DNA from: Actinomycetota bacterium
GTDB taxonomy: Bacteria; Actinomycetota; Acidimicrobiia; Acidimicrobiales; Ilumatobacteraceae
Reading direction: 5' to 3'
Assembly: GCA_016870935.1 (NCBI GenBank)
Contig: VGAB01000001.1
Span: forward strand, 10,327-74,326
DNA: 64,000 nucleotides
Shown: positions 47,543-57,524 of the stretch, piece after piece
Layout: every line of letters starts with the position of its first letter
Numbering within the stretch: position 1 is the first letter of the stretch
Position numbers and translations under genes: made by a program
Notes under the pieces: generated by a model
Told to the model about the DNA's origin: nothing
Seen by the model: only the letters and a program-made list of their open reading frames with translations
The model's database searches: none

Positions 47543-50068
47543 TCACCTTTTTCGTCGCGCGATGACTTCTTCGGGCAGAGACTCGATGTCGCCGCACCCC
47601 ATTGAAATGCAAATATCGCCCGACTTGAGTTCACCAGCCAAAAACTCTACGAGATCACCGCGTTGCGGCTGATACACCACGTTGCAATCGGGGTGGGCCG
47701 CTCGAATTGCGTCGACCACGAGTTGACCCGTGACACCAGCTATTGGCGAGGTGCCCGAAGAATAAATGTCGGTGACCACGACCAGGTCGGCTTGCTCAAA
47801 TGAGTCGGCGTACAAGTGCGAGATTTGCGCCATGCGATTGAAACGATTTGGTTGAAACACCGCCACCACCCGCGACCACGTGTCGGTGCCGTCGCCGAGG
47901 CCCGCCAGAACCGCGGAGATTTCGGCGGGCAGGTGCGCGTAGTCGTCGACGAAAGTGACACCGTCATGTTTGCCACGAACGTCGAAGCGCCGTGCAACAC
48001 CACCGAACTTCGCCAGACCCGATGCGGCATCTTCGAATTCGACACCCAGTTTCATCGCCATGGCGATCGCCGCCATCGCATTGCTGACATTGTGCAGGCC
48101 ACGTTGGGCGATGTGAACCCTGCCCAACCGCCGCAACATTGAGCCCGACCTGGTCGATACGTCGAAAGTTGCGCCGCCGTCGGCGAATTTGATCTCGCCT
48201 GCTTGGTAGTCGGCGCTCGAATTGTCGGCGATCGAGTAGGTGGTCGCGTCGCAGAACTGGGCGATGCGCGCACAAACGGGGTCGTCGGCACAGAGCACGC
48301 GCGGCCCGCGAATATTTTTGACGAACCGCTCGAAGCTTTTCTCGATCGCCGCGACCGACTTGAAATGGTCGAGGTGGTCGACATCGACATTGGTCAGGAT
48401 GGTGCCGGACAAGGGCAATTGCGAGTGCGTTCCGTCGCTTTCGTCGGCTTCGACGACGAACAAACTGCCGCCCGTCCACGAGGCGCCACGACCGAATTGA
48501 TGCACATCACCACCGATCAAATAGTTGGGATTCAAATTCGCAGTTTTCAAAATCGCCGTCAACATCGAAGATGTCGTCGTCTTTCCGTGGGTGCCGGCCA
48601 CCCCGATGCTGGTGGCTCGACTGCAGATCGCCGCCAAGATCTCCGCCCGCGAAAGCAGGCGAATTCGACCGTCGCGGGCCCGTTGAAATTCGATGTTGGT
48701 CTCGGGAATCGCCGGTGAACCCGTGACGAAATCGCAGTCATCGACGACGCTCGCCCGATGCGGCACATTGATCGAAACGCCGACCTTGCGCAACCGATCT
48801 ATCGAATCGGTCTGGCGAACGTCGCTTCCCGAGACGCTGTGCTTCATTTCGGCCAACACCGTGGCGATCGCCGACATCCCAGGACCGCCGACCCCAACCA
48901 CATGGATTCGTCGCGATTTCGACAAATCGACTGGCATCGCCGAACCCGATGCCCGAATAATCTCAAACGCCAAGGTCGTGTTTCGATGCTGCACACCCGC
49001 TTGGTGGGCCGCCTTGGCGAGCGACTCTAGAAGAGTTCGATCGTCGATCACGGCGACGACTTTCTCGGCGATCTCGGTGGTGCTGTTTGCGCGTTCGTCG
49101 ATCACGATCGCCGCCGATCGGTCGCCGAGCCAAACCGCATTCATCGTCTGATGATCTTCGGCGGCTTGGCTCCAGGGCACGATCACGCTGGCGATGCCGA
49201 TCGTCGCGATTTCGGCGATCGTGCTGGCACCGGCGCGGGCCACCAAGAGATCGGTCGCAGAATAGACGTCTTGCATCGCCGTGGTCGTGTCGAGCCGGCG
49301 ATAAACAATTTTCGCGTTCGTCTCGAGTTGCGGAATATCGGCGTCGAGATAGCGCTTGCCCGTCAGATGGATCACGCACAAGTCGTCGCGGTGCTGGTTC
49401 GCCTGCACGATTTCGCGCGCCACCGCGTTGAGCCGTGCCGAACCGAGCGAACCCCCCGTCACGCAGATCACCCGGCGACCCGAGGGCAATTCGAGTTTCT
49501 TGCGAGCCTCATCACGCGACTGCGACAAGTCGAGATTGCGCAGCACACGACGCACCGGGGCGCCTGTCAGCACGGCATTTTTTAGTCTCGATGGCAGATA
49601 GGCGACGGCGGTCGTCGCCGCCCGACGCGACTGCATTTTCGTCGCCCGACCGGGCTGGCTGTCGTAGGAAACCGCGACGACGGGAATACCCAGACGGTTA
49701 GCGGCGCGAGTCGCGGGCACGCTCGCGTATCCGCCGACCGAGACGACGACCTTCGGTGACAGTCCTTCGAGCAAAATTTCAGCCTGCTTGGTGGCGACAA
49801 GCAAACGACGCAGGGTTCGCAAGTTTTTTGCGACCATCGCCGGCGAAAAGCGACGAACGAAGCCCTGCACCGACAACAACGACATCGCCAAACCGGTCGG
49901 AGGAACCAAGGTCGTCTCGACCCCGTCGACCGAACCGACGAAATGCATCTGCGAGATTTCCACGCCCGCGTCTTGAAGCAACTCGGCGATCGCCAACGCC
50001 GGGATTACATGACCGCTGGTTCCACCACCCGTGATGACGGCGAAGACTGGGTGGCTGGATCGTGTCAA
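47543..50068 (-). CDS. murG/murC: Fusion protein: MurG (lipid II synthase glycosyltransferase) + MurC (UDP-MurNAc:L-Ala ligase)
   Basis: One 841-codon ORF. Residues 1-373 are MurG (ITGGGTSGHVIPALAIAE, GGSLGSARLN, ARAGASTIAEI). MurC follows from about residue 378 (MPVDLSKSRRIHVVGVGGPGMSAIA, GVAGTHGKTTTSSM). There is no in-frame stop at the junction (48935-48950). Confidence 0.85.
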   Translation of the reverse strand: MTRSSHPVFAVITGGGTSGHVIPALAIAELLQDAGVEISQMHFVGSVDGVETTLVPPTGLAMSLLSVQGFVRRFSPAMVAKNLRTLRRLLVATKQAEILLEGLSPKVVVSVGGYASVPATRAANRLGIPVVAVSYDSQPGRATKMQSRRAATTAVAYLPSRLKNAVLTGAPVRRVLRNLDLSQSRDEARKKLELPSGRRVICVTGGSLGSARLNAVAREIVQANQHRDDLCVIHLTGKRYLDADIPQLETNAKIVYRRLDTTTAMQDVYSATDLLVARAGASTIAEIATIGIASVIVPWSQAAEDHQTMNAVWLGDRSAAIVIDERANSTTEIAEKVVAVIDDRTLLESLAKAAHQAGVQHRNTTLAFEIIRASGSAMPVDLSKSRRIHVVGVGGPGMSAIATVLAEMKHSVSGSDVRQTDSIDRLRKVGVSINVPHRASVVDDCDFVTGSPAIPETNIEFQRARDGRIRLLSRAEILAAICSRATSIGVAGTHGKTTTSSMLTAILKTANLNPNYLIGGDVHQFGRGASWTGGSLFVVEADESDGTHSQLPLSGTILTNVDVDHLDHFKSVAAIEKSFERFVKNIRGPRVLCADDPVCARIAQFCDATTYSIADNSSADYQAGEIKFADGGATFDVSTRSGSMLRRLGRVHIAQRGLHNVSNAMAAIAMAMKLGVEFEDAASGLAKFGGVARRFDVRGKHDGVTFVDDYAHLPAEISAVLAGLGDGTDTWSRVVAVFQPNRFNRMAQISHLYADSFEQADLVVVTDIYSSGTSPIAGVTGQLVVDAIRAAHPDCNVVYQPQRGDLVEFLAGELKSGDICISMGCGDIESLPEEVIARRKR

Positions 50069-50091
50069 GAGTTTCTACTTGTGAGAATCGC

Positions 50092-51288
50092 TCACTTCAT
50101 GTTACGCGCGACGTTCATCAGAAGCCCCGCAGCCGACATGCAGACGAAAAGCGAACTTCCGCCGTATGAAATAAGAGGAAGTGTCAAACCTGTCACCGGC
50201 ATCGAACCCGATACGCCACCGATGTTGATTATCGCCTGGACGGCGAACCACATCGTCACTCCGCTGGCCAAAAGCGCGCCAAATTTTTCCTGCGCCCCCA
50301 TCGCCACGCGAAAACCCAGCAACACGAGAAGCAAGAACCCGCCGATCACGGCCACCACGCCGATCGAACCGAACTCTTCGGCGATCGTCGAAAAGATGAA
50401 ATCGCTGTGGGCCAACGGCACGTATCCCCATTTTCCGGTTCCCGCGCCGATGCCGACACCCGAGACGCCTCCGTTGGAGATCGAAAGTATCGATTGCCAA
50501 ACCTGATAGCCGAACGAGCCCTTTGTCTCGTCCAGATTCATGAACGCCATCCAGCGATTTCGCCGCGAAGAACTGATCAGGGTGATCATCAACGCGCCGA
50601 ACGCCGCGGAGCCGCCGATTGCGCCGACGACCCGCATCGGAATACCCGACATGAACATCAACATCAACACGATGCAGGTCAACACGATCGTGCCGCCGAG
50701 GTCGCCCTGGGCCAGGCAAAGCACCACCGATATTCCGAGCGCGACCAGAATCGGTCGAATCACGCGTCCGAAATCGGCCACCTCTTTGTTGCGACGACCG
50801 AGCAAGTTCGCGCAATAGACCAACAACGCCAACTTGAGAAACTCGGAGGGCTGAAAACCGATCGGCCCGATCTGCACCCACGCGCGCGCGCCGTTGATGC
50901 TGATCCCGATGCTTGGCACAAAAGGCAGGATCATCAACGCCCAGGCAGTTACCAAAAACACGAAAACTTTGCGGCGCAGCATCGCGTATGGGTAGCGGTA
51001 GCAAAAGGCCATGCCGAGCCCGCCGAAGCAGGCCCACAACACCTGCTTGAAGAACATCAACCACGGGCTCTGGCCGCGGTTGAGCGCGACGATCGACGAC
51101 GACGACATGACCATCACCAGACCGATGGCGATGAGGGTCAACACCGTCACGAATATCGCGAAAAATGTGCGGTTGGCCGGTTTGTCGCTGATGCGCCGCA
51201 CCGACAAGATGCCGCCTTGGTCGAGCACCGCCCTGCGCCTTTGGGCCAGAGTCATAATCTCATTTGTCGTTGAAGTCGTCGTGCTCAT
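50092..51288 (-). CDS. ftsW: FtsW (SEDS family peptidoglycan glycosyltransferase / lipid II-associated division protein)
   Basis: 398 aa. Polytopic. QPSEFLK, SDFIFSTIAEEFG and TGLTLPLISYGGSS motifs. Confidence 0.9.
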   Translation of the reverse strand: MSTTTSTTNEIMTLAQRRRAVLDQGGILSVRRISDKPANRTFFAIFVTVLTLIAIGLVMVMSSSSIVALNRGQSPWLMFFKQVLWACFGGLGMAFCYRYPYAMLRRKVFVFLVTAWALMILPFVPSIGISINGARAWVQIGPIGFQPSEFLKLALLVYCANLLGRRNKEVADFGRVIRPILVALGISVVLCLAQGDLGGTIVLTCIVLMLMFMSGIPMRVVGAIGGSAAFGALMITLISSSRRNRWMAFMNLDETKGSFGYQVWQSILSISNGGVSGVGIGAGTGKWGYVPLAHSDFIFSTIAEEFGSIGVVAVIGGFLLLVLLGFRVAMGAQEKFGALLASGVTMWFAVQAIINIGGVSGSMPVTGLTLPLISYGGSSLFVCMSAAGLLMNVARNMK

Positions 51289-52634
51289 AGTGATCCGATC
51301 TTCTTTCTTGAGTTGATTAGTTCGTTTGTTTCTTTTTTGAAATCGACGCCGCGTTCGCCGTAGTTGTTGTACCAGTCGAAACTGGTGCAGCCCGGTGAAA
51401 GCAAAACGACATCACCGCGACTCGCGAGCGAATCGGCGAGGTGCACGGCCTCGCGCATCGAATTCGCCGTGCGCACCTCGCAGACACCCGCGAACGCTCT
51501 GACGATTTCGGGGGCCGACTTGCCGATCGCGACGACGGCTTTCATGTGCCCGGGATACGCCGCCATCGACGACAAGTCGAGATCTTTGTTTTTTCCGCCC
51601 GCGATCAAAATTATCGATTTGAAAGAATTAAGCGCGACGCTAGCGGCGTGCGGGCTCGTCGCCTTTGAGTCGTTATACCACCGCACGCCACCGTCTTCGG
51701 CGACGAGTTCGATTCGGTGCGGGGCGTTGACGAAGTTCCTTAACGCCTCGGCGACATGTGCGCGATCGGCCAAACCCGACTCGATCACCAATGCGGCGGC
51801 GGCCAAGGCGTTGGTGACGTCGTGCGGCAGGCTTCGCGACATTTGATCAATTTTGATGATCTCGCCGTGCGGCGAATTGAGTTTTCCGTCTCGCGCGTGA
51901 TAATCACCCGAAGATTCACCGAAACTGACCAGCCGACCCTTGCATTTTTTGGCGAGGCCGATTATCGATTCATCTGCGACGGGTGCGACCGCGATGTCGG
52001 AATCTGTCAGGTTCGCCCAAATTTTGGCTTTCGACGCGCGGTACGAATCAAATGATGAATGCCAATCGAGGTGGTCGGGAGCCAGATTCAGCCAGACCGC
52101 CGCTTTGGCGCGAAACTTGTTGGTGAACGCCAGACGAAAACTCGAACACTCGACGGCGAAGGCTCGCGCATCCGAGCCGAGCGCGGCGATCAACGGCACC
52201 TCGGTGTTGCCGACGGCGGCCGCTTTGACGCCCGCCGAGTTGATCATTGCGGCAGCCAAGAGCGTGGTGGTCGTTTTGCCGTCGGTGCCGGTGATCGCCA
52301 CCATCGGTCGCGGATTGTTCGACGCTTGTTCGAGACAGTACGCAAGTTCGATCTCCGACTCGACGGGTTTGTTCAAGCGCTTTGCCACCGCGAACAGACG
52401 ATGGCTTTCGGCGATACCCGGAGCCGGCACGACCCTTTGCGCCTGGCGCATCAGTTTTTCGATCTCTGCTTCGCCGGGTGCAAATTGAACCGTGCAGTTG
52501 AGTTTCTTGGCGAATTCGACATGTCTGTCCTCGCTCTTGTCGTCGGCGAGAAGGACCGTTTCGCCGCGACGGGCCAATTCATCGGCCACCGCCCTGCCGG
52601 CCACCGCGAGACCATAAACAAGCGTGGTCGACAT
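51285..52634 (-). CDS. murD: UDP-N-acetylmuramoylalanine--D-glutamate ligase
   Basis: 449 aa. ITGTDGKTTTT, and the Mur ligase middle and C-terminal domains (PHRIELV, NDSKATSP). Confidence 0.9.
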   Translation of the reverse strand: MSTTLVYGLAVAGRAVADELARRGETVLLADDKSEDRHVEFAKKLNCTVQFAPGEAEIEKLMRQAQRVVPAPGIAESHRLFAVAKRLNKPVESEIELAYCLEQASNNPRPMVAITGTDGKTTTTLLAAAMINSAGVKAAAVGNTEVPLIAALGSDARAFAVECSSFRLAFTNKFRAKAAVWLNLAPDHLDWHSSFDSYRASKAKIWANLTDSDIAVAPVADESIIGLAKKCKGRLVSFGESSGDYHARDGKLNSPHGEIIKIDQMSRSLPHDVTNALAAAALVIESGLADRAHVAEALRNFVNAPHRIELVAEDGGVRWYNDSKATSPHAASVALNSFKSIILIAGGKNKDLDLSSMAAYPGHMKAVVAIGKSAPEIVRAFAGVCEVRTANSMREAVHLADSLASRGDVVLLSPGCTSFDWYNNYGERGVDFKKETNELINSRKKIGSL

Positions 52635-52635
52635 T

Positions 52636-53700
52636 TCAGCGACGCAGATTTCCGAGATTTTGGATGTTGGTGAAGTCGGCGATGAAAATCGCCACGGCGG
52701 TCGACACGCAGATCGCCGAGATGATCCAGAAACGAATGATCACCGTCGTCTCGGGCCAGCCGCTTTGCTCGAAGTGGTGATGGATCGGCGAATTCTTCAG
52801 CAGTCGCTTTTTTCGACCCGAGGCCTTGAACACGCCCATTTGTACCGCGACCGAGCCCGCCTCGAATACGTTTATCCCGCAAATTAACGGCAACAACAGG
52901 TGCGTGTTCGTGGTGACGGCGAGCAACCCGAGCGCCGTGCCCAAGCCGAGCGCACCGACGTCTCCCATGAAGATTCGAGCGGGTGCGGCGTTCCACCACA
53001 AGAACCCGCCGCACGCGCCGGCGAGCGACGCCGACAAAACGGCGAGGTCGAGCGGGTTGACGACATCGCCATAGATCTGCGGGTTACGAAAAGCCCAATA
53101 TGCGATCACGGTGAAGGCGATGAAACCGAACGAGGCCGAGCCGGCCGCCAGACCGTCGAGGCCGTCGGTTACATTCACGGCGTTCGAAGTGCCCCAAACC
53201 ATCAGCGCCGTCCAGGCGACGAATAACGGCCAGGTGAAGGTGATGCCCGGAAGATCGGCACGGGTGAACGAAAGCGTCTCGCTCACGCCGGTCGCCGCGG
53301 TCAGCCACCAGGTCAGACCGATGCAGATCGCGAACGTGATGTAACCCTTCTTCTTCCAGAACAGGCCGCGATTGTGTTGGCGTTGCACCTTTAGGTAGTC
53401 ATCCAGAAAGCCGATGAACGAAAGCACGAACACCGCAGCCCAGATGATCATCGCCTGATCTGAAAACGGCAAGCCATCGCGAAAGTGGGCGACGATCCAA
53501 CCGAATGCAGCGGAGAACATGATCGCGATGCCGCCCATCGTCGGTGTGCCCTGTTTTTTAATGTGCTGAACCGGGCCACGGTCTTCGGCGCCCAAAATCG
53601 GTTGTCCCTTGCCAAGGCGCTTGAAGAAACTCATCAACAAGCGGGTGCCGATCAGCGATGCGATCATCGACACGGCGGCGGCGGTGAGAATCGCGATCAC
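52636..53700 (-). CDS. mraY: Phospho-N-acetylmuramoyl-pentapeptide transferase
   Basis: 354 aa. KKQGTPTMGG, NAVNVTDGLDGLA and PIHHHFE motifs. Confidence 0.95.
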   Translation of the reverse strand: MIAILTAAAVSMIASLIGTRLLMSFFKRLGKGQPILGAEDRGPVQHIKKQGTPTMGGIAIMFSAAFGWIVAHFRDGLPFSDQAMIIWAAVFVLSFIGFLDDYLKVQRQHNRGLFWKKKGYITFAICIGLTWWLTAATGVSETLSFTRADLPGITFTWPLFVAWTALMVWGTSNAVNVTDGLDGLAAGSASFGFIAFTVIAYWAFRNPQIYGDVVNPLDLAVLSASLAGACGGFLWWNAAPARIFMGDVGALGLGTALGLLAVTTNTHLLLPLICGINVFEAGSVAVQMGVFKASGRKKRLLKNSPIHHHFEQSGWPETTVIIRFWIISAICVSTAVAIFIADFTNIQNLGNLRR

Positions 53701-55133
53701 GAGGCGAACCTCAACAATTCGCGCGAGACATCTGCATCGCTGAACTTCAGTTCTTCGTCGCCGATCGTTTGGGTGGCCTCGTGCCCCTTGCCGGCGATCA
53801 CCACGATGTCGCCCGGTTTCGCGTTCGAGAATGCGGCTCCGATCGCTCGTCGACGATCGACCTCGACCTGCGCTGTGCGCGACTCGCCCACCCCTGACAG
53901 AATCTGGTCGATGATCTCTTGAGCGTCTTCGTGGCGCGGATTATCTGAGGTGACATAGACGACATCGGCGAATTTGGTCGCCACCGAGCCCATCTTAGGA
54001 CGCTTGGAGTGATCGCGTTCACCGCCGCAACCGAACACGACGACGACGCGTCTGTCTTTCGCGATCAACTGACGCGCCGCCGTGAGCACATTTTGCAGCG
54101 CCTCTGGCGTGTGCGCATAGTCGACGATCACGCCGAACTTTTGACCCGCGTCGATCGACTCGAACCTGCCGGGCACCGCGCTTGCAGCAGCCAAACCTTT
54201 TGCGATGTCACGGGGGGCGACACCAAGTTCGGCTGCTGCAGTCGCGGCAGCTAGCGCGTTCATGAGATTGAATTGACCTCCGCAAGAAACCTGAATCTTC
54301 TCGCCGCGCCACTTGAAGCCGAGTTTGCCGACGCTCGTCTCGACCTGCGTCGCGTCGTCGGCGCCAAAGGTCGCGCACACGATGCCGGGCTCGGCGGCCA
54401 GCGAATCGATCAACAGTGATCCGTGCACGTCGTCACGATTGACCACGCAAACTCCCGTGAATTGACCCGAGAAGAGCCGGGCCTTTGCCGCAAAATATTC
54501 TTCGGTCGTCTTGTGGAAATCCAGATGGTCTTGGCCGAGGTTGGTGAAAATCGTGACACAGAAATTGGTGCCTTCGACGCGACGAAGCGTCATCGCATGC
54601 GACGACACTTCCATCACCACGGCCTGACGACCTCCGCTCGCCTCGGCCGCAAACGCACGTTGCAAGTCCGTGGATTCGGGCGTGGTGCGGGTGCCCGAGA
54701 GCGTGCCGAAAACCGTCGTCGACCAACCGTGCTGATTCAGAATCGACGCCAAGAAATGGGCTGTCGTGGTTTTGCCGTTGGTGCCCGTGACGCCGACGAC
54801 CTTCAGGCGCTTGCTCGGTCTGCCAAATATCTCGGCGGCGATGAAGCCCATCGATGACCGCACGTCGTCCACGACGATCTGGGTCAGGTCGATGTCGAGC
54901 CGGCGTTGCACGAGCAACGCGACCGCGCCAAGTTTCTTCGCCGCTTCGGCAAAATTATGGCCGTCTCGCTGTTCGCCAACCACGCAGCAGAAGATCGAAT
55001 TGTCGACCACCTGCGAAGAGTCGTGCGTTATCTCGACGACTTTCACCGAGATATCTCCGACTATCTCGCGAACTTTGACCTCCGATGCGTTGGCAAGAAT
55101 CTCGCCCAATGAGCGCATCACCGGGGTCGCCAT
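53697..55133 (-). CDS. murE: UDP-N-acetylmuramoyl-L-alanyl-D-glutamate--2,6-diaminopimelate ligase
   Basis: GVTGTNGKTTTAHF, and the DNPR motif (VTSDNPRHED) characteristic of meso-DAP-adding MurE. The start is preferred at ATG 55131-55133 (MATPVMRSLGEIL), 1 nt after the ftsI stop. The track ORF starts at 55190. Confidence 0.85.
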   Translation of the reverse strand: MATPVMRSLGEILANASEVKVREIVGDISVKVVEITHDSSQVVDNSIFCCVVGEQRDGHNFAEAAKKLGAVALLVQRRLDIDLTQIVVDDVRSSMGFIAAEIFGRPSKRLKVVGVTGTNGKTTTAHFLASILNQHGWSTTVFGTLSGTRTTPESTDLQRAFAAEASGGRQAVVMEVSSHAMTLRRVEGTNFCVTIFTNLGQDHLDFHKTTEEYFAAKARLFSGQFTGVCVVNRDDVHGSLLIDSLAAEPGIVCATFGADDATQVETSVGKLGFKWRGEKIQVSCGGQFNLMNALAAATAAAELGVAPRDIAKGLAAASAVPGRFESIDAGQKFGVIVDYAHTPEALQNVLTAARQLIAKDRRVVVVFGCGGERDHSKRPKMGSVATKFADVVYVTSDNPRHEDAQEIIDQILSGVGESRTAQVEVDRRRAIGAAFSNAKPGDIVVIAGKGHEATQTIGDEELKFSDADVSRELLRFAS

Positions 55134-55134
55134 A

Positions 55135-57039
55135 TCAGTGACTTGGTCCGAGTTCTGCGGGCCGCGATCCGACGCATCCCGCATCTTCACCCTCGGGACG
55201 CATATTCATTTCGTTGATCAAAACCTGGCCGATGCGGGCGAACACCGGCGCGGCGGCGGTGCCACCAAAGCGATCCATGGTCAACGGATCAGGCTCATCG
55301 ATCGAAACAAAAACGGTAAATCGCGGATTATTGGCCGGAAGAAAGCCGGCAAAAGACGCGAAATACGAGCGCGTGCCCTCGTCGCTGATGTATTTTCCGT
55401 TCTCTTGCAGTTTGTACGAGGTGCCCGTTTTGCCCGCGACGCTCATGCCCTGGAGTTTCGCCAGTTTTCCGGTGCCGAAGCACACGACATCTGTCATCAT
55501 TGCCGTCATCGCCTTGGCCGTCGTCGAGCTGACTACCTGGTGCGACGCCGACTCGGGTGTCGCCGATTCGACGCCGTTTTTGTCTGTCGTCTTCAACACG
55601 AGTTTTGGCGCGACATAAACGCCGTTGTTGGCGATGGTATTCACGGCCGCCACCATCTGCAGCGCCGTGGATGTGTAGCCGTAACCGTAGGCGAACGTAA
55701 TTTTCTCGGTGCCCTGCCACTTTGAGACGGGGCGCAACGACCCGCGCGATTCACCCGGGTACTGCACCGGCGTCTTGACGCCGAAACCGAACAGTTTCAG
55801 GTATGCGAAGTTCGTCTCGAGAGCGACAGTGCGCGAGATCAGCACCGTGCCCAGGTTCGAAGAGTCGACCATGATCTTGCGCACGGTCATGTCTTCACGC
55901 TCGTGCGGGTACGCGTCGGTAACTTTGTATTCCCAAACGGTGCCCTTGTCGAACCATTGGTAGCCCGGCACGCTGAAGCTCGTCGCGGCGTTGACCGCGC
56001 CTTCGTTCATCGCCGCAGCGACGCTGAAAACTTTCGCCACCGAGCCCGGCTCATTCGCCTCGACAACGCCAAAGTTGCCCGATTCGCTCGAGTAACTGCC
56101 GTCGTCATTGCGACGCACGTTCGACATCGAGTAAATCTCGCCGGTCTTCGTGTCCATGACGATCGCCGAACCACCGCGAGCCCCGAGCCGCTCGACTTGC
56201 TGCTTGACTATGCCGTCGACCTGAAATTGAATCGTGCGGTCGATCGTCGTCGTAAGCCGTCCGCCTGGAAACGACTCGGTGACCTCCCCCGAACTCGCGG
56301 CGATTGACTTGCCGCCACTGTTGACCTCGCGAACTATTCGACCGTCGACACCCGTAAGCATCTCGTCGAATTTGAGCTCGAGACCGGAGATGCCGACACC
56401 GTCGATGTCTGTTCGACCGACCAAAGCCTGCAGACCCGTGCTGGTCAGCGCCCTGCCGGTTTCGCGATACGACGAAACGCCTTTGAGCCCGAGGGCGAGT
56501 ATCGCATTGGCTACCTCCGAGTCGGCCTGGCGCGCGATGTAGACAAAACTCGAGGCCTTGTTTTGTAGCTTGGTGGCCAAGGCGACTTCGGCCTGCGGAT
56601 CTAGTTGAAGTATCCCCGCAACGGCATGGGCCACGCCGACCGGGTCGACCACCGAACGCGGATCGGCGAACACCGTGCGAGTCGGCACGGGCAACGCAAG
56701 TTCGCGACCGTTGCGATCGACGATCGAGCCCCGCTCGGCGCGCAATGTTTGCACGCGGGTGCGCTGGGCGACGCTCGCCTCGCGATAGTCGCCCGCCCAA
56801 ACTGTCTGCAGCATCACGACACGTGCGCCAAGCAGCAACAACAGCACGACGACAATGACGAACATCTTCAAGATTCGCGAGCGAATGTCGCGCTCTTGGC
56901 CCTGCATGCCGCTCGTGAAATAGTCGTGCGTGCGATTTGCCAACGATGCCGAACGATATGAAAGTTTCGAGTTGCGAACCCTGTTCGCGTCGATGCGACG
57001 ACCGCGTCTGCCCCCGTCGGCGCCGGCGATGGTGCTCAC
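55135..57039 (-). CDS. ftsI: Class B penicillin-binding protein (FtsI/PBP3-like transpeptidase)
   Basis: 634 aa. N-terminal TM, SxxK (GSVAKVF), SxN (DSSNLG) and KTG (GKTGTSY). Confidence 0.9.
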   Translation of the reverse strand: MSTIAGADGGRRGRRIDANRVRNSKLSYRSASLANRTHDYFTSGMQGQERDIRSRILKMFVIVVVLLLLLGARVVMLQTVWAGDYREASVAQRTRVQTLRAERGSIVDRNGRELALPVPTRTVFADPRSVVDPVGVAHAVAGILQLDPQAEVALATKLQNKASSFVYIARQADSEVANAILALGLKGVSSYRETGRALTSTGLQALVGRTDIDGVGISGLELKFDEMLTGVDGRIVREVNSGGKSIAASSGEVTESFPGGRLTTTIDRTIQFQVDGIVKQQVERLGARGGSAIVMDTKTGEIYSMSNVRRNDDGSYSSESGNFGVVEANEPGSVAKVFSVAAAMNEGAVNAATSFSVPGYQWFDKGTVWEYKVTDAYPHEREDMTVRKIMVDSSNLGTVLISRTVALETNFAYLKLFGFGVKTPVQYPGESRGSLRPVSKWQGTEKITFAYGYGYTSTALQMVAAVNTIANNGVYVAPKLVLKTTDKNGVESATPESASHQVVSSTTAKAMTAMMTDVVCFGTGKLAKLQGMSVAGKTGTSYKLQENGKYISDEGTRSYFASFAGFLPANNPRFTVFVSIDEPDPLTMDRFGGTAAAPVFARIGQVLINEMNMRPEGEDAGCVGSRPAELGPSH

Positions 57040-57524
57040 GGGGTCACACCTTTGATCGTCTGCGAAGCCAAGTCGGCCAGCAACGGCGGTTGCGAAATTG
57101 ATTTATCCATAGAACCCGTGGCCGCAAGAACGCTGGCCACGACGTCGGCGGGGATCTCGGAAAACTCTCCCGTCACGCCTTGCGACATGCTGAGCATCAT
57201 CGCCTTTTCGCGCAGATAGTCGGGGGCCCTCAATTCGGCGCGTTGCTGGCGCAAGTCGTCGTAATGGAAACGGGCGAGGCGGACATCTGTCGAGATTTTG
57301 TCGAGCCGCAGTTGCTGCTCGGCGATGACCGTCTGAAAAATGACGACCAAAGTGCACAATGCCGTTACGACGAAGATGATCAGTGTCGCCCGCGAATAAG
57401 TTCTCGGGCGAATCGCCGGCACCAGCCGAAGATCAGGGCGAGTTTGCCGACGAGGGGTGACCGTGGCGCCCGTCGGGCGACGGCGACGCACCGGTGCTGG
57501 GCGTGATATCGCGGCGGTCGCCAT
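57036..57524 (-). CDS. ftsL: Cell division protein FtsL-like (single TM plus coiled coil)
   Basis: 162 aa. Basic N-terminus, TM LIIFVVTALCTLVVIFQTVI, then a coiled coil (AEQQLRLDKISTDVRLARFHYDDLRQQRAELR). Located between rsmH and ftsI. Confidence 0.6.
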   Translation of the reverse strand: MATAAISRPAPVRRRRPTGATVTPRRQTRPDLRLVPAIRPRTYSRATLIIFVVTALCTLVVIFQTVIAEQQLRLDKISTDVRLARFHYDDLRQQRAELRAPDYLREKAMMLSMSQGVTGEFSEIPADVVASVLAATGSMDKSISQPPLLADLASQTIKGVTP

